Origin: Eledone cirrhosa
Taxonomy: Eukaryota
DNA: 64,000 nucleotides
NCBI GenBank assembly: GCA_964016885.1
Contig: OZ024751.1
Coordinates: forward strand, 7,316,001-7,380,000
Reading direction: 5' to 3'
Numbering within the stretch: the stretch's first letter is position 1; each line of letters starts with the position of its first letter. The position numbers were made by a program, and so were the translations under genes. The notes under the pieces were generated by a model. The model was not told where the DNA came from. It made no database searches and saw only the letters and a list, made by a program, of their open reading frames with translations. Positions 41,551 to 55,020 of this stretch are shown piece after piece.

Positions 41551-42796
41551 ATCCTTTACATGTGTTAATATTGCAATCAAACTTGAGACGTTTACCAAAT
41601 TTCCAAATCATATATTGTTCTTCTTTCATTTTGTCCATATTTCATTTTGTATATGTGATCCCGTCATATTTCTTTCAAGTTTCAATATTGAAAATTATTA
41701 GTCAATTTATTCATACAGATTATTTCCATCAATAGCTTTATTTCTACGGAACCAGGCAGGTAAACTTTAACTCACAATACGGAAAGGAAATACATATATG
41801 CATAAAATGTATGTCTATGTATAGAAACAAAAATACACATACATGCATACATGTGTGTGTGTGGGGGGGGGGGGGGGGGCGTGCGTGTGTGTCTGTATCT
41901 ATATATATAAATATACATATATACATACTCCAGATTAAACTTTAAGCGTCCTTGCAGTTTTCTTGACTGCATCATATGCATTGACTGTTTTAGCGTTCTA
42001 ATTTGTAAAATTGTTTAGTATAAGCTTGGTATATCAATATCTATCATACAGTCTATATATACATACATACACACATACATACTTACATATATATGTATGT
42101 GTGTGTGTGTGTGTGAGTGATCAAGTGTGATATATAATCGAGAGTTTAAACTAGTTAGACCATTACTCAATTGAGTACTCGATACTTTGGGCAGTAGATT
42201 TATGCTATGTTATATATATAATGTTACGTAATAACCGTAAATTCATAATAGCTATCTCGCCAAATGCTTCGATTTTACTGCTTCAGACGTTTTACTTTTG
42301 AATTCATATTGTTAATACGAACGGCTGTGGTTTTGTATAATATCCCCTTTATTAATGATCACGATGCACATTTTGAGATATGAACACTCGTGCAGACCTT
42401 TTATAAGCATTTAAGCTACAAGCAATAATTGCACTTACCTACCACACTGAACATCGAAACACCAATTTTCTTTTATGCCAATGAATTAATGGATTTTGGT
42501 TGTTATCTGCAACGGAATTACGTCACACTCTAGTTTCGATTTATCCTTTCCATATCATAACCTAAAGTGTTATTAGAGTCAAACGGTAGTATCCATTATT
42601 TTATCCTGCATTCCTCACTACAAATATATATGTACTAAGTGACCTAGCCATAACCATAAGTTGCACTTCTTTAAAACGCTCTGCTAGTCAACATGTTTGC
42701 GTTGTGATGCTACTCTTACATTGATTAGTCAAGGAGAATGCATTATATGATAGTAATTTCTCTGTTAAAGATGCATTCCTATTTACATACATAATA

Positions 42797-42955
42797 AGCG
42801 ACGAATTGCCATAATCGTTGCAACGTCGGATAGAAAGCTTTGTGGTATTCGTTCCGGCTCTCTGCTCTCACAGTTGAAATTCCGCTGAGGTGAACATTAC
42901 CTTTCATTCTTTCGAGGTCGATAAAAAAGTACCAGTCTAGCGCTGGGATCTATTC
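42797..42955 (+). mobile_element. tRNA-derived SINE
   Basis: AAATTCCGCTGAGG..CCTTTCATTCTTTCGAGGTCGATAAAAAAGTACCAG. Confidence 0.7.
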
Positions 42956-43311
42956 TGTATCTATATATTTTCCTCGCTTCCTCTCTTTCACCTTCCCTCC
43001 TTCCCTGCAAGAGATCTGTTTTCAGACCTTGGGAGAGAAGGGTTCCGCCAGGTTTAGAATCGTCTAGAAACGCCGTATGCCAATACATCACCTCTACGTC
43101 TCTATCAAGTGTTACGGCATTAGATAAAGAGAGAGAATGAGCGATGCATATATAAACCATATTGCTGATGCCAGAGACACAGATATATATTTGATGCCTA
43201 ACTACATTACAATTTCGAACAGTAGGCCAGTTCTTAGAACATCATACTCAGCTGTTAATAAAATAGATTTTGAGGCACAATAGCTAGTCGAACTTAGGAT
43301 TGCGCGCACAC

Positions 43312-43366
<55 letters not shown>

Positions 43367-45813
43367 CATTTACGCATTATCATATCCTCTACATTTAAAA
43401 GATTTATTTCCTTTCTAGCATAGATGCCTTCAATAACCAACTGAATTACTTACTTGACCAACTGAATTACTTAGATAACAACGCTGGGATATGATGACTT
43501 GCAAAGAAATGTTTTACGTTTCTTCCACTGCTCACTCTCCCCTTCCTTAATTTCTCATTCAGACCACCGTCCGAAACGTTGAGCCTCTCTTCCTACTCTA
43601 TCGAGAGTAAATCTAATATATTTCGTCATTGTAATGTGTGGTTTGCTTTGTTATTTCTATTTAACTTTTCCATACGTACATACATGCATACATACATATA
43701 TACATACATCCGTGCGTATATCTGGATGTTGTGTGTATGCACATATAGAGTAAATTACAAGGATATATATGATTTAATCATGCAATCTCTATTCTTTTAG
43801 AACAAGTAAAGAAGTAATTACACATTATTTCTATACATTACTCCCTCATTTTTGATACATTACCAAAATCTAATTCAATATTTACATAAGGTCTTGTGAA
43901 GAAATAAATTCTCGAGTTAAATTAATATAATTCTTCTTCTCATAAGTCTGCATCTAAAATAAAAACATGCGTAGACACAAAGCAATTCTCATTAAACGTT
44001 TAATTAATTTCCTTAGCTAAAATTTGATAAGATATTTTTGCTGGAAATTCTCATTCAACACCAAGTACGTTGCGTTTCAACTCTGCTTTAAAATGTAGCA
44101 ATATTTAAATTCATTTTTTACTTCTAATTAAATGTATTAATATTTAACTGCGTAAAATAATTGTTGGGTTATTAAGTGTGATACATTTAATATGTCGGCA
44201 TACTTTATACAACTGCATATTACATGTACCTGAATGATTTTGCAATCCTGCTGCTGATATCAAGGCTAGGTATCAGCTGCATTCAGCAGTGTTCTAATGT
44301 ACTGAATAATTCTCCTCTACAACTGATAAAAAAAGACAAACATTGCTTTTATAAATAAGTTTTTCCTGAGTACTGACGAATGCTGAGATAATTATGAGAA
44401 GGCTTTAAACTGGTCAGCAGATTGCAGTGTTGCTCTCCTTCCGCAATGGGCTCTATAATGAAACGCTTAATAAACACGAATTTAATCCATGTGGGTGTGA
44501 GTATATATTTCAATGAAATGCAGTACCTGCCCGTAAGGAAAACGGACATATAAAACAGATATCTTTACTTTGTTTGCTCGTTGATGTGAAATATTTTATA
44601 TTATAAAACATTGTATGTGTGATATGGATTCCACAGCTTTTGGAAAAACATTGTTGATGAAAACATATTCTCTCATTGAGGATTCATTTCATATTGCCGG
44701 CAATTTAAGCAGAATTCTGAACATCATGTCTTGTGCTCGATATAATCTGAACTAATAGAAATATTTAAGGTATATATTAGAATTAAAATGCAACACATAG
44801 AGTATCTAATATCAAGGGTAGAAACTTCAGAACGTATTTGGTATATCTCTCTAAGCATATTCCGTATAATAGATTAACACACATAATATATTCATATATT
44901 TAGAATGGAAAACAATATAAAATAGAGAATCAGTTCATCATCTTGCAATCAATATAGTTACATATAACAGCATGATACATTATATATAATTCCCGAGCGT
45001 TGCATATTACCTGGGAACAGTTCGAGATCAGGAAAATGTAGAAAGAAATGCAATTTCTTAATAGCAGTTTAACATATAATCGAGTGCCTGTTATTCAAAC
45101 TTCTTCTCTTAGTTATTTCTGAGAAGGTCTCGGCGGCAGAGTCCTTCAACACTCCTGGAACAGGCCATGACAGAAGCAACCGTCTCCAACTAATTCAGCT
45201 GGATTCCCAAGCGTGACCAGCCAAGCTCATAAATGTTCTCCAACTATCCTGCTCAGGATATACCCGTGGTTTTACCCGTACGAGATAAAAATATTCACAC
45301 TTTATCGACTACGGATCAGTTGCCATTTCTTACGAAGAAGAAACTATCTAAGACGTGATGCCTCATAAATATAGTTAATTTGGGATCCCTAAAATGTTTT
45401 CCAAATTCAATTATATTTGATTGCCCAAGGTAACCATTGTCCAACAATAAAAACTGTCCAGTAGTTGAGATCTTGATAGCAATTGTTTTGTATTTTCGGG
45501 CTAATTGAAATTACCATTTACACTAGAAAATACATTGCTGCCTTCTGCGAGATAGTGACTGGTTTAAGAGAACAGTAGATATTGGGAACTTAGCCAGAAA
45601 AGTTTGAATCATAATAAAATCAAGTTATATGTTGAATTATTCATGAGTGATAAGTAGTAGACACATTGTCATAGGTAGATTTAATTATATTATAAAGTGG
45701 TGGTGATACACAATAGATAGTGTCATCGTAAACGGGAAATAGTAATTTTGGAGCCTAAGATTTATAATTCGAAGAATATAGAGATCTGGAGATAGTGATT
45801 GAATGCATTTCAC

Positions 45814-45874
<61 letters not shown>

Positions 45875-45896
45875 CGTGTGTGTGAGAGTGTGTATA

Positions 45897-46102
45897 TCGA
45901 GAATCGATCGACTTTCGTCAAATCGCACCGAGTAAACAAAGTTTCCATAGGTCTTTCCAATTGCTTATACTATCTATCGGTCGCACATCCAGCTAGAAGG
46001 TGCAAATATAGTGTCTTGCTCAAGGACATAAGCATGTCCGGGAATCGAACTCACAACCTCACGATTGCGAATCCCACTCGCTTTCCACTTAACCACGCGC
46101 CT
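45897..46102 (-). mobile_element. tRNA-derived SINE (an inverted head copy lies at 46152-46235)
   Basis: GGGAATCGAACTC...CACTTAACCACGCGCC, the reverse complement of the A/B boxes. Confidence 0.75.
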
Positions 46103-46333
46103 ATATATATACGGTATATATATATATGTGTGTGTGTGTATGTGTGTATGTGTGTGCGTGTGTACATATGTAGGTGCGTGGCTAAGTGGTAAGCGAGTTG
46201 GATTCGCAATCATTAAGTTTGAGTTCGATTCCCGTTAGGTCCTTGATACCTTAGCCACGCGCCTACATGTATATATATATACTAGCTTGCCCATCCGGCT
46301 GGCGCCCGGCTACCAATAGCGTGTTCTACGACA

Positions 46334-46372
<39 letters not shown>

Positions 46373-46419
46373 CTGACGTACCTAGCATCGATTGGATAAA
46401 CAGACGATAAGCCGTCTGA

Positions 46420-48170
46420 GTAGTATAGTATGACTGTTGAAAATATATAGTATAGTATAGTATTACTGTTGAAAATATATAGTATAACATTACCGTTGAA
46501 AATATATAGTACAGTATTACTGTTGAAAATATATAGTATAGTATAGCAATACTGTTGAAAATATATAGTATAGTACAGCATTACTGTTGAAAATATATAG
46601 TATAGTACAGTATTGCTGTTGAAAATATATAGTATAGTACAGTATTGTTGTTGAAAATATATAGTACAGTATTACTGTTGAAAATATATAGTATAGTATT
46701 AATCTTGAAAATGTATAGTACAGTATTACTGTTAAAATATATAGTATAGTATTACTGTTGAAAATATTTAGTATAGTATATTATTACTGTTGAACATATA
46801 TAGTACTAGCTGTGGTACCCGGCGTTGCACAGGATAAGGTATTTTGGAACGCGGGCCACCAACAGACCTAATCGTGGAAAAACTGCATGCCTGGACAATA
46901 TGTAAAGAAAATAAATCGAATACTCTGATGGCTGGATGATCTTTAAGATTTTCCTCGATGAAGTAGGAAAAATGCAGGTTTTCACTTAATATGGGCCCTG
47001 CGGGATCAAGAAAATGAATATTTTTTATGTGCACAATATGCCTTGAAATTTCGGGATAAAACGGCTAGACGTAACGCCTCCAAAAAGCCCTAAGAAGCTG
47101 AAAAAGGTTTTTCACCTAATGCGGGCCCTAAGCCATGAGAAAGTTGAATTTTCTTTGCTTACCGTATGAAGAAGAGACTGGCTAATACATAGTTACAATT
47201 TCAAGGAAATCGGTCTGACCTAACCCCTCAAAAAACCCCTAAAATTCTTAAAAACGCAATTTTTCACCCAATGCGGGCCCTATAAGTTAAAAAAAAGTTG
47301 AATTTTTTATGTGCTTAAAACTCCCTGAAACATAAGTAATACATATGTAAAGTTTGAAAAAAATCGGTTGGCTACTTCTCGAGTTTTATCTATTCAAACT
47401 CACACACACACACACAGACAGACATCCTCAGGGAAGTGACGTAATGCAGACAGACAGACATACAGACATATATTATAAGGGCGCGACGTTATATGTATGT
47501 ATCAATCTAAAAAGAGAAAGACTAAGAATTATATAGCGAGATCGCTAAATGCGGTCCCTAGGGCATTGAACAATTAAACTTTTTGTTTTGCTCAGAACAT
47601 ATATATTACACGTGTAAAGGTAGAAAACAGTCGGTTTGTTGGTTCTCGAGTTTTAGGGATTCGAACTCACACACACACAGACAGGCATCCTCAGTGTTAT
47701 ATATATAGATAGTATAGTATTACTGTTGAAAATATATGGTATAATATTACTATTGAAAATATATAGTACAGTATTAGTGTTGAAATATATATATATAGCT
47801 GACGTACCTAGCATCGATTGGATAAATAGACGATGAGCCGTCTGTGTAGTATAGTATTACTGTTGAAAATATATAGTATAGTATAATATTGCTGTTGAAA
47901 ATATATAATGTAGTACAGTATTACTGTTGAAAATACATAGTATAATATTACTTTTGAAAACATAGTATAGTATTATTATTGAAAATATATAGTACAGTAT
48001 AACTGTTGAAAATATATAGTATATTATTACTGTTGAATATATATAGTACAATATTACTGTTAACAATATATAGTATAGTATTAATGCTGAAAATATATAG
48101 TATTAATGTTGAAAATATATAGTATATTATCGATTTTGAAAATATATAGTATAGTATTACTGTTGAAAAT
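46420..48170 (+). repeat. 27-32-bp minisatellite (TAGTATAGTATTACTGTTGAAAATATA)n in two blocks
   Basis: Blocks 46420-46804 and 47711-48170, split by an inserted element. Confidence 0.9.
46805..47710 (+). mobile_element. Non-autonomous Helitron/Helentron-like element
   Basis: Starts ACTAGCTG..CCCGGCGTTGCACAGG (terminal hairpin), has internal subrepeats and CAGA/CA microsatellite, and ends TTATATATATAGAT. It interrupts the minisatellite. The class is assigned from recalled terminal pattern only. Confidence 0.6.
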
Positions 48171-48674
48171 ATGTACACGAATATATAATTATACATATAA
48201 TTAATTAAATGTTGGTCAGAAGCGAAGTCAATGCAGACAGGCTGTCATGCAGACATATATTATAAACGCGCGACGTTATAGCTATGTATCTATCTAAAAA
48301 GACAGATTACGGAAGAGAGAGGAATGTCGGATTGTGTATATTATATATAATAAAGTACCAGTAATGTAATTTCTGGCCTAGTGCCAAAAATAGAAACACT
48401 TATACTTCTTGTTTTATACAACTGTCAATAACATGTTTATGCATGTATATAAACGTATATTTACGTATAATAGAATGCAGTAGTAACATGTACATATTAA
48501 ACTATCACTTATTTATGCTACTGTCACTATATAAATATATATATGAATGCATATATAGGGTATTTTGCAATACACTGTATGTTTAATTAAAAGCATTTCG
48601 AAGACCTTAGGCTATTGTTTTAGAGTAGTGACAGTCTCACTTACTTTAAATTTTCAGCAAACAAAGGGAGATAA

Positions 48675-48719
48675 AGCTGACAGAGCTCTGTTTCGTACTT
48701 TTTGGTACTTATCAAAGCT
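48675..48719 (-). ncRNA. Intact hammerhead, U3:A8 variant, family E
   Basis: Reverse complement AGCT TTGATAA GTAC-CAAAAA-GTAC GAA ACAGAGCTCTGT C AGCT. Confidence 0.85.
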
Positions 48720-49012
48720 AAGTACTCCACCTGTTTGCTGACAATCATGAATGTTTGATTCTTATAGAATTCTAGTAATAATCAGGAACTGATTATACAG
48801 AGCGGTTGCCGGTCAAGCTTTTAATTAAGCATACATTGTATTGCAAAATACACTATATATACATTCATATATATATCGCTATTTCAGACAACCAATTCTA
48901 ATTTTAAATTTCTGCTTGACCGGCAACAGCTCTGTATAATCAGTTCCTGATTATTCCTAGAATTCTATAAGAATCAAACATTCATGATTTTCAGCAAACA
49001 GGTGGAGTACTT

Positions 49013-49057
49013 AGCTTTGATATGTACCAAAAAGTACGAAACAGAGCTCTGTCAGCT
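49013..49057 (+). ncRNA. Hammerhead family E (A9->U mutated)
   Basis: AGCT TTGATAT GTAC CAAAAA GTAC GAAACAGAGCTCTGTC AGCT. Confidence 0.7.
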
Positions 49058-49333
49058 TTATCTCCCCTTGTTTGCTGAAAATTTAAAGTAAGTGAGACTG
49101 TCACTACTCTAAAACAATAGCCTAAGGTCTTCGAAATGCTTTTAATTAAGCATACAGTGTATTGCAAATTACACTATATATACATTCATATATATATCGC
49201 TATTTCAGACCACCAATTCTAATTTTCAATTTCTGCTTGACCGGCAACCGCTCTGTATAATCAGTTCCTGACTATTACTAGAATTCTATAAGAATCAAAC
49301 ATTCATGATTATCAGCAAAGAGGTGGAGTACTT

Positions 49334-49378
49334 AGCTTTGATAAGTACCAAAAAGTGCGAAACAGAGCTATGTCAGCT
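49334..49378 (+). ncRNA. Hammerhead family E
   Basis: AGCT TTGATAA GTAC CAAAAA GTGC GAAACAGAGCTATGTC AGCT. Confidence 0.8.
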
Positions 49379-49535
49379 TTATCTCCCCTTGTTTGCTGAA
49401 AGTTTAAAGTAAGTGAAACTGTCACTACTCTTAAACTATAGCCTAAGGTTTCCGAAATACTTTTAATTAAGCATACAGTGTATTGCAAAATACACTATAT
49501 ATAGATTCATATATATATATCGCTATTTCAGAGCA

Positions 49536-49596
<61 letters not shown>

Positions 49597-49984
49597 GCAC
49601 ACTATATATATATATATATATATACACAAACACTATATGTACATATACACGCACACACACAGGTAGCGAAGTCAATGCAGACAGTCAGACATAGAGAGAC
49701 ATATTATAAGAGCGTGACGTTATAGCTATGTATCTAACTAAAAAGACAGACTAGGAAAGAGAGAGGAATGTCGTATAACCGGAAGTGTTGACATTTGAAC
49801 ATTTTAAAGAAGTGAATATTTAATTAAACAATAACATATCTTTAATCTTTTAATGAAAGTTAGTAGACAAAAATCGTTCACTTTCTTACTAGGAAAATGT
49901 TACATCTATGGTGCAAGTTTGGTACGGTTTGGTCCAGACGGTTAGCGAAACGTTTGTTACATACATACGGGCGTCAGATTTATT

Positions 49985-50015
<31 letters not shown>

Positions 50016-50084
50016 GAGGTGAGTTATGTTGATTTAAAACTGCACTATCAACAAGTGTTTTTTAGCCTTCATATCATGTTCTCC

Positions 50085-50155
50085 TGTTTTATCTGATGAA
50101 AACACAAATATTATTGCTTGATGATGTTTGTTTTTGAAATGCGCATAATAAAATA
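50085..50155 (+). ncRNA. Type-I hammerhead with long G.U-rich stem II
   Basis: TGTTTTAT CTGATGA AAACA-CAAATATTATT-GCTT-GATGATGTTTG-TTTTT GAA ATGCGCAT A ATAAAATA. A-U replaces the usual G10.1-C11.1 pair. Confidence 0.72.
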
Positions 50156-50185
50156 TATGGAACTCCTTTAACCATCTTTTGATCT

Positions 50186-50284
<99 letters not shown>

Positions 50285-50310
50285 CATATATATATATATT
50301 TATATATATA

Positions 50311-50349
<39 letters not shown>

Positions 50350-50351
<2 letters not shown>

Positions 50352-51780
50352 GACTCTACAGAATATTTTGATATCACGTCTCATAAATACCCACAAAGAG
50401 TAAAAGATATGACCGCTTTTGAACTAGATTTAGTTAATTTAATCAACCAAATCAAATTCCGTAAGTACTCTAACTCTTTTCAATCTAAACTCTCTAACGA
50501 TATTTCAAAATTTAAATCTAAATTTAAATCTAAATATAAGTTCGTTATCTCTGATAAAACTAAAACTTATACGAAGTTAATAATAACTTACATCTCTTAA
50601 CAGATAGCATCACCTCTAAATACCAAATAGCTAATATAAACACATATAATACTATTAATACGGAAGCCAAAGAATTAGCTATTTTTTTTTGAATAGACAA
50701 TAGAACAGAAAAAAACTTGCTAAAGGTACTGCCTATATCACCTTCAAAGATCACAAACATGATTTTATTAATCGTCCTAGTTGTAGATTAATTAACCCTG
50801 CTAAGACTGAAATCGGCCTTGCTAGCAAAAAATATTAAATGATATAAACAAACATATTAGAAATAAGTCTGAATTACTCCCATGGATAAATAGCTCTTCT
50901 GTAGTACATTGGTTTAATAATATTAAAGATTAATATAGTTCTAGATTCACCCAATTTTAGATGTAGACTTCTACCCGTCTATTACTCACCCTCTTTTAAC
51001 GAAAGCATTAAATTTCGCTAGAATCTTTATCAATATTTCGGATATTGAAGAGAATATCATTTTGCATGCTAGAAACACTTTACTGTTTACTAATAATGAC
51101 ACTTGGGTAAAACAATCAAACCCAGAGAACCCATTCGATGTCTCAATGGGTTATTTTGACAATGCAAACCGGTGTAATTTAGTTGGCCTATTCCTCCTAC
51201 ACACACTTAAAGAGAAATTCCCTAACCATACCTTTGGGCTTTATCGTAACGATGGTCTAATACTGTCCCATACCACTATAGGCCATAACTTAGATAGATT
51301 CAGGAAAGACTTAATAAAAACCTTCGCTAATATTAATCTTTAAATTACCATTGACACTAACAGTTCTAATGTTAATTTTCTAGATATAAACCTAGATCTG
51401 CCTACTGCTTCTTATAAACCGTACCATAAACCTAATGAAAATTTAAGATATATAAATAAATGCTGTTGCCATCCTCCTATAGTTTTAAAAAATCTTATCC
51501 TTAATATTAGCCGTAGGATCTCCACCCTCTATTCCTCAGAAGCTATTTTCAATAACTCCAGATATATCCTGTTGTCCCGCAGCCGATTTTATGTATGTTT
51601 ACTTGCGTATAATTTGTACCCATTTATTCATACGGCTGGTTTTTATATATGTACGTATGCTGTAGGTGTGCATATATGTGTATACGAGTTTGTATATGTA
51701 TACGAATGCATTCGTATGTGCGCGTGTATGTGTATATGTGTGTGTATGTGTGCTTTTACATCTATATTTTTTACATACTA

Positions 51781-51834
<54 letters not shown>

Positions 51835-52930
51835 GTGTGTATATATATATGTATGTGTGTATATATATATATATGTATATGTATATATATAGATATATAT
51901 ATATATGTATTTATTTTATATATAAATATATGTATGTATTTTCCCCCTACTATAATAAAGCCCTTCAAAATAGCGGATTTAGCGAACCGATTAAGTACAT
52001 ACCCAACAATACTAACTCCTTTAAACATAATAATAGTAAAAGAAAAATAATCTGGTTCACACACCCCTACTCTTTTGGAGTTAAAACTAATGTAGGCAAA
52101 ACTTTCCTACAGCTGTTAGATAAACATTTCCCTAGAACACATAGATACTATAAGATCTTCAATAGAAACTGTGTCAAAATCAGCTTCTCCTGCGGTCCCC
52201 CTATTAAATCTTATATCCTCAATAAGAAAATACCCAGAGAATATCAAAATTGCTCATGTAGAGTCTAAAGTGAATGCCCATTACAAGGTAAATGCAACAC
52301 CAAAACCAGTGTATATGCGGCTAAAGTGACAACCAACAGCAACAACCTACCAGCCACCAGCGAACGATATGTGGGTATGACACGAGACAAATTCAAAACG
52401 CGGTATTACACACATGTCGCATCTTTCCGACATCCTGAAATAGATTTACAACAGCTCTGGCTAGCAGAATATGGGATTTGAAGGACCAAGGTATCCAATA
52501 TAAATCAGGTTGGTCAATGCTGAACCAATCTTAAGAACATGCAAGAGGACAAGAAGATGCGCACTCTGCATAAGTGAAAAATATTGGATTTCCAGAACTT
52601 TAGATCGCCAAAAACCTGCTTAAATGCAAAAACAGAAATTTACACCAGTTGCCCACACATGAAATCACACTTGCTTTGCAGCTCATATAAACTTAACTCA
52701 CTTTCAGACACTTATCCTCCATAAACTATCGTTATTCACTTTCCTTAACTTACCTTCTTTACAGACTTCTCTTTCTGATTTACTTTTATTTTATTTTTAA
52801 CTTTATTTTTAGTTCACATACACTAGTGAAACCCCTTGCTTTTTAATTCACTTGCATTATATCTTCACTATTTTACATATTTAATTCCCCCTTTCCTTTC
52901 ACTACCTGATATTGCAGTTCACTTGTGTTT
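50350..52930 (+). pseudogene. Decayed Penelope-like element (RT + GIY-YIG)
   Basis: Fragments [87 protein letters not shown]. Many stops and frameshifts. Confidence 0.88.
51553..51945 (+). repeat. Internal copy of the sequence that follows the element's 3' end (52932 onward)
   Basis: AACTCCAGATATAT..TGTTGTCCC.CAGCCGATTTTATG occurs at both sites and interrupts the frame EAIFNNS|PYYNKAL. Confidence 0.85.
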
Positions 52931-53163
52931 TCAACTCCAGATATATTATGTTGTCCCTCAGCCGATTTTATGTATGTTTACTTGCGTATAATTTGTACCC
53001 ATTTATTCATACGGCTGGTTTTTATATATGTACGTATGCTGGTAGGTGTGCATATATGTGTATACGTGTTTGTATATGTATACGAATGCATTCGTATGTG
53101 CGCGTGTATGTGTATATGTGTGTGTGTATGTGTGCTTTTACATCTTTTTTTTACATACTAATT

Positions 53164-53196
<33 letters not shown>

Positions 53197-53225
53197 ATAT
53201 ATATAAGTGTGTATATATATATATG

Positions 53226-53295
<70 letters not shown>

Positions 53296-53435
53296 TGTCT
53301 ATATATATATATATCTATATGTATATATATATATATGTATGTGTATATATATATATATGTATGTGTGTATGCATATATGTATAAACATATATATATGTAT
53401 ATATATATATGTGTATATATATATATGTATATACA

Positions 53436-53497
<62 letters not shown>

Positions 53498-53600
53498 CAC
53501 ACATATATGTATATACATATATATATATACACATATATATATATATATACATATATATATGTTAATACATATATGTATACACACATACATATAATTATAT

Positions 53601-53659
<59 letters not shown>

Positions 53660-53676
53660 CATACATATATATATAT

Positions 53677-53729
<53 letters not shown>

Positions 53730-53760
53730 CATATATATATATTCACACTTATATATATAT

Positions 53761-53837
<77 letters not shown>

Positions 53838-53841
<4 letters not shown>

Positions 53842-54003
53842 AGGCGTGTGGCGGATTGGTTACAGAATTGGATTCGCAATCGTAAGGTTGTGAGTTCGAT
53901 TCCTTCTACCTGGAGTTGCGACCGATAGATAGTATTAGCAATTGGAAAGACCAACGGAAACATTGTTCCCTCGGTCCGATTCGACGAAAGTCGATCGTTC
54001 CTA
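53838..54003 (+). mobile_element. tRNA-derived SINE
   Basis: GGCGTGTGGCGGATTGGTTA...GAGTTCGATTCC, homologous to 5171-5460. Confidence 0.75.
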
Positions 54004-54047
54004 CTATATATATATATATATACATATATTTATATATATATATATAT

Positions 54048-55020
54048 ACACCAACACAAAAGCCAAAGTCATTACATCTGATGGGATGACAGCGTTCTTT
54101 GAGATACTGGCTGGAGTGCTCCAGGGAGATACATTGGCTCCCTACCTTTTTTTCATCGTAGTGGAATATTTTATGCGCCTTGCCTTGCACTGGAGAAACA
54201 CCAGGACTCTGGTTTTACTGTAGCACCGGCTCAGAGCAGGAGAGTTAAAGCGAAAAAGGTATCAGATGCTGAATTCGCCGACGACATAGTTTGGTGTCGA
54301 ATACAGTGAAGGAGGCAGAGGATTTGATGCAGGAGGTTGAGACTGTGTCGATGAGTGTGGGGCTGAGAATGAATGAGACTAAATCAAAATAGCTGGTAGA
54401 GAATGTTGAGAAGCCAGAGGGGATTACTCATGTAGGCGGGAAGCCGTTAGAATTGGTTGAGGGCTTCCTGTATGTGGGAGCAAAAATTGGGAATACAGAA
54501 GATGATGTGGTTGAGAAGAAGAGCAAAGCCTGGGCGGTGTGCCACAGCTTGAGATCTGTGTGGGAGTCGGACCTTCGTAAAAACCTGAAAATCCGCCTCT
54601 TCATTGCTGTAGTGGACTCTGTGCTGCTGTACGGGTCTGAGACTTGGACACTGACCAAGAAACTCACTCAGATGGTGGATGGGTGCTACACGAGAATGCT
54701 GAGGATGGCTGTGAACATTAATCAGTATACACTGAGGATAAAACACTCAGAGCTGTATGAGAGCTTACCAAAAGTCAGCTCAAAAGTGACACAGAGGAGA
54801 CTGAGGTTAGCTGGACATGCAGAGTTGACATTGCACTCAGTGCTCCTGTGGGAGCCCCTACATGGACACACTGGAAGAGGAAGGCCAAGGTTAACGTATG
54901 TTGATGCCTTAAGGACAGACACTGGTCTGTTGGTGACGCAGGACATGGCAGCAATAACGAGGGACAGAGACCACTGGAGAGAACTCGTCCATGGATCTCG
55001 GGAATTTTACCCACCCTAGA
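54048..55020 (+). mobile_element. 5'-truncated RTE-like LINE (RT C-terminal half), frameshifted
   Basis: AGVLQGDTLAPYLF, EFADD, SVLLYGSETWTLT, RRLRLAGH, GRGRPRLTY. Embedded in (TA)n. Confidence 0.88.

Larger units (their letters stand above)
48528..49535. mobile_element. Non-coding 321-bp tandem element with hammerhead, divergent fold-back (retrozyme-like family E)
   Basis: Plus arm 48818-49535 has period about 321 (2.2 units); minus arm 48528-48818. Junction GGTCAAG|CTTTTAATT. Confidence 0.9.

Noticed and set aside
46420-48170. CRISPR-like array
   Set aside because: Contiguous minisatellite without unique spacers; eukaryotic context, no cas genes.
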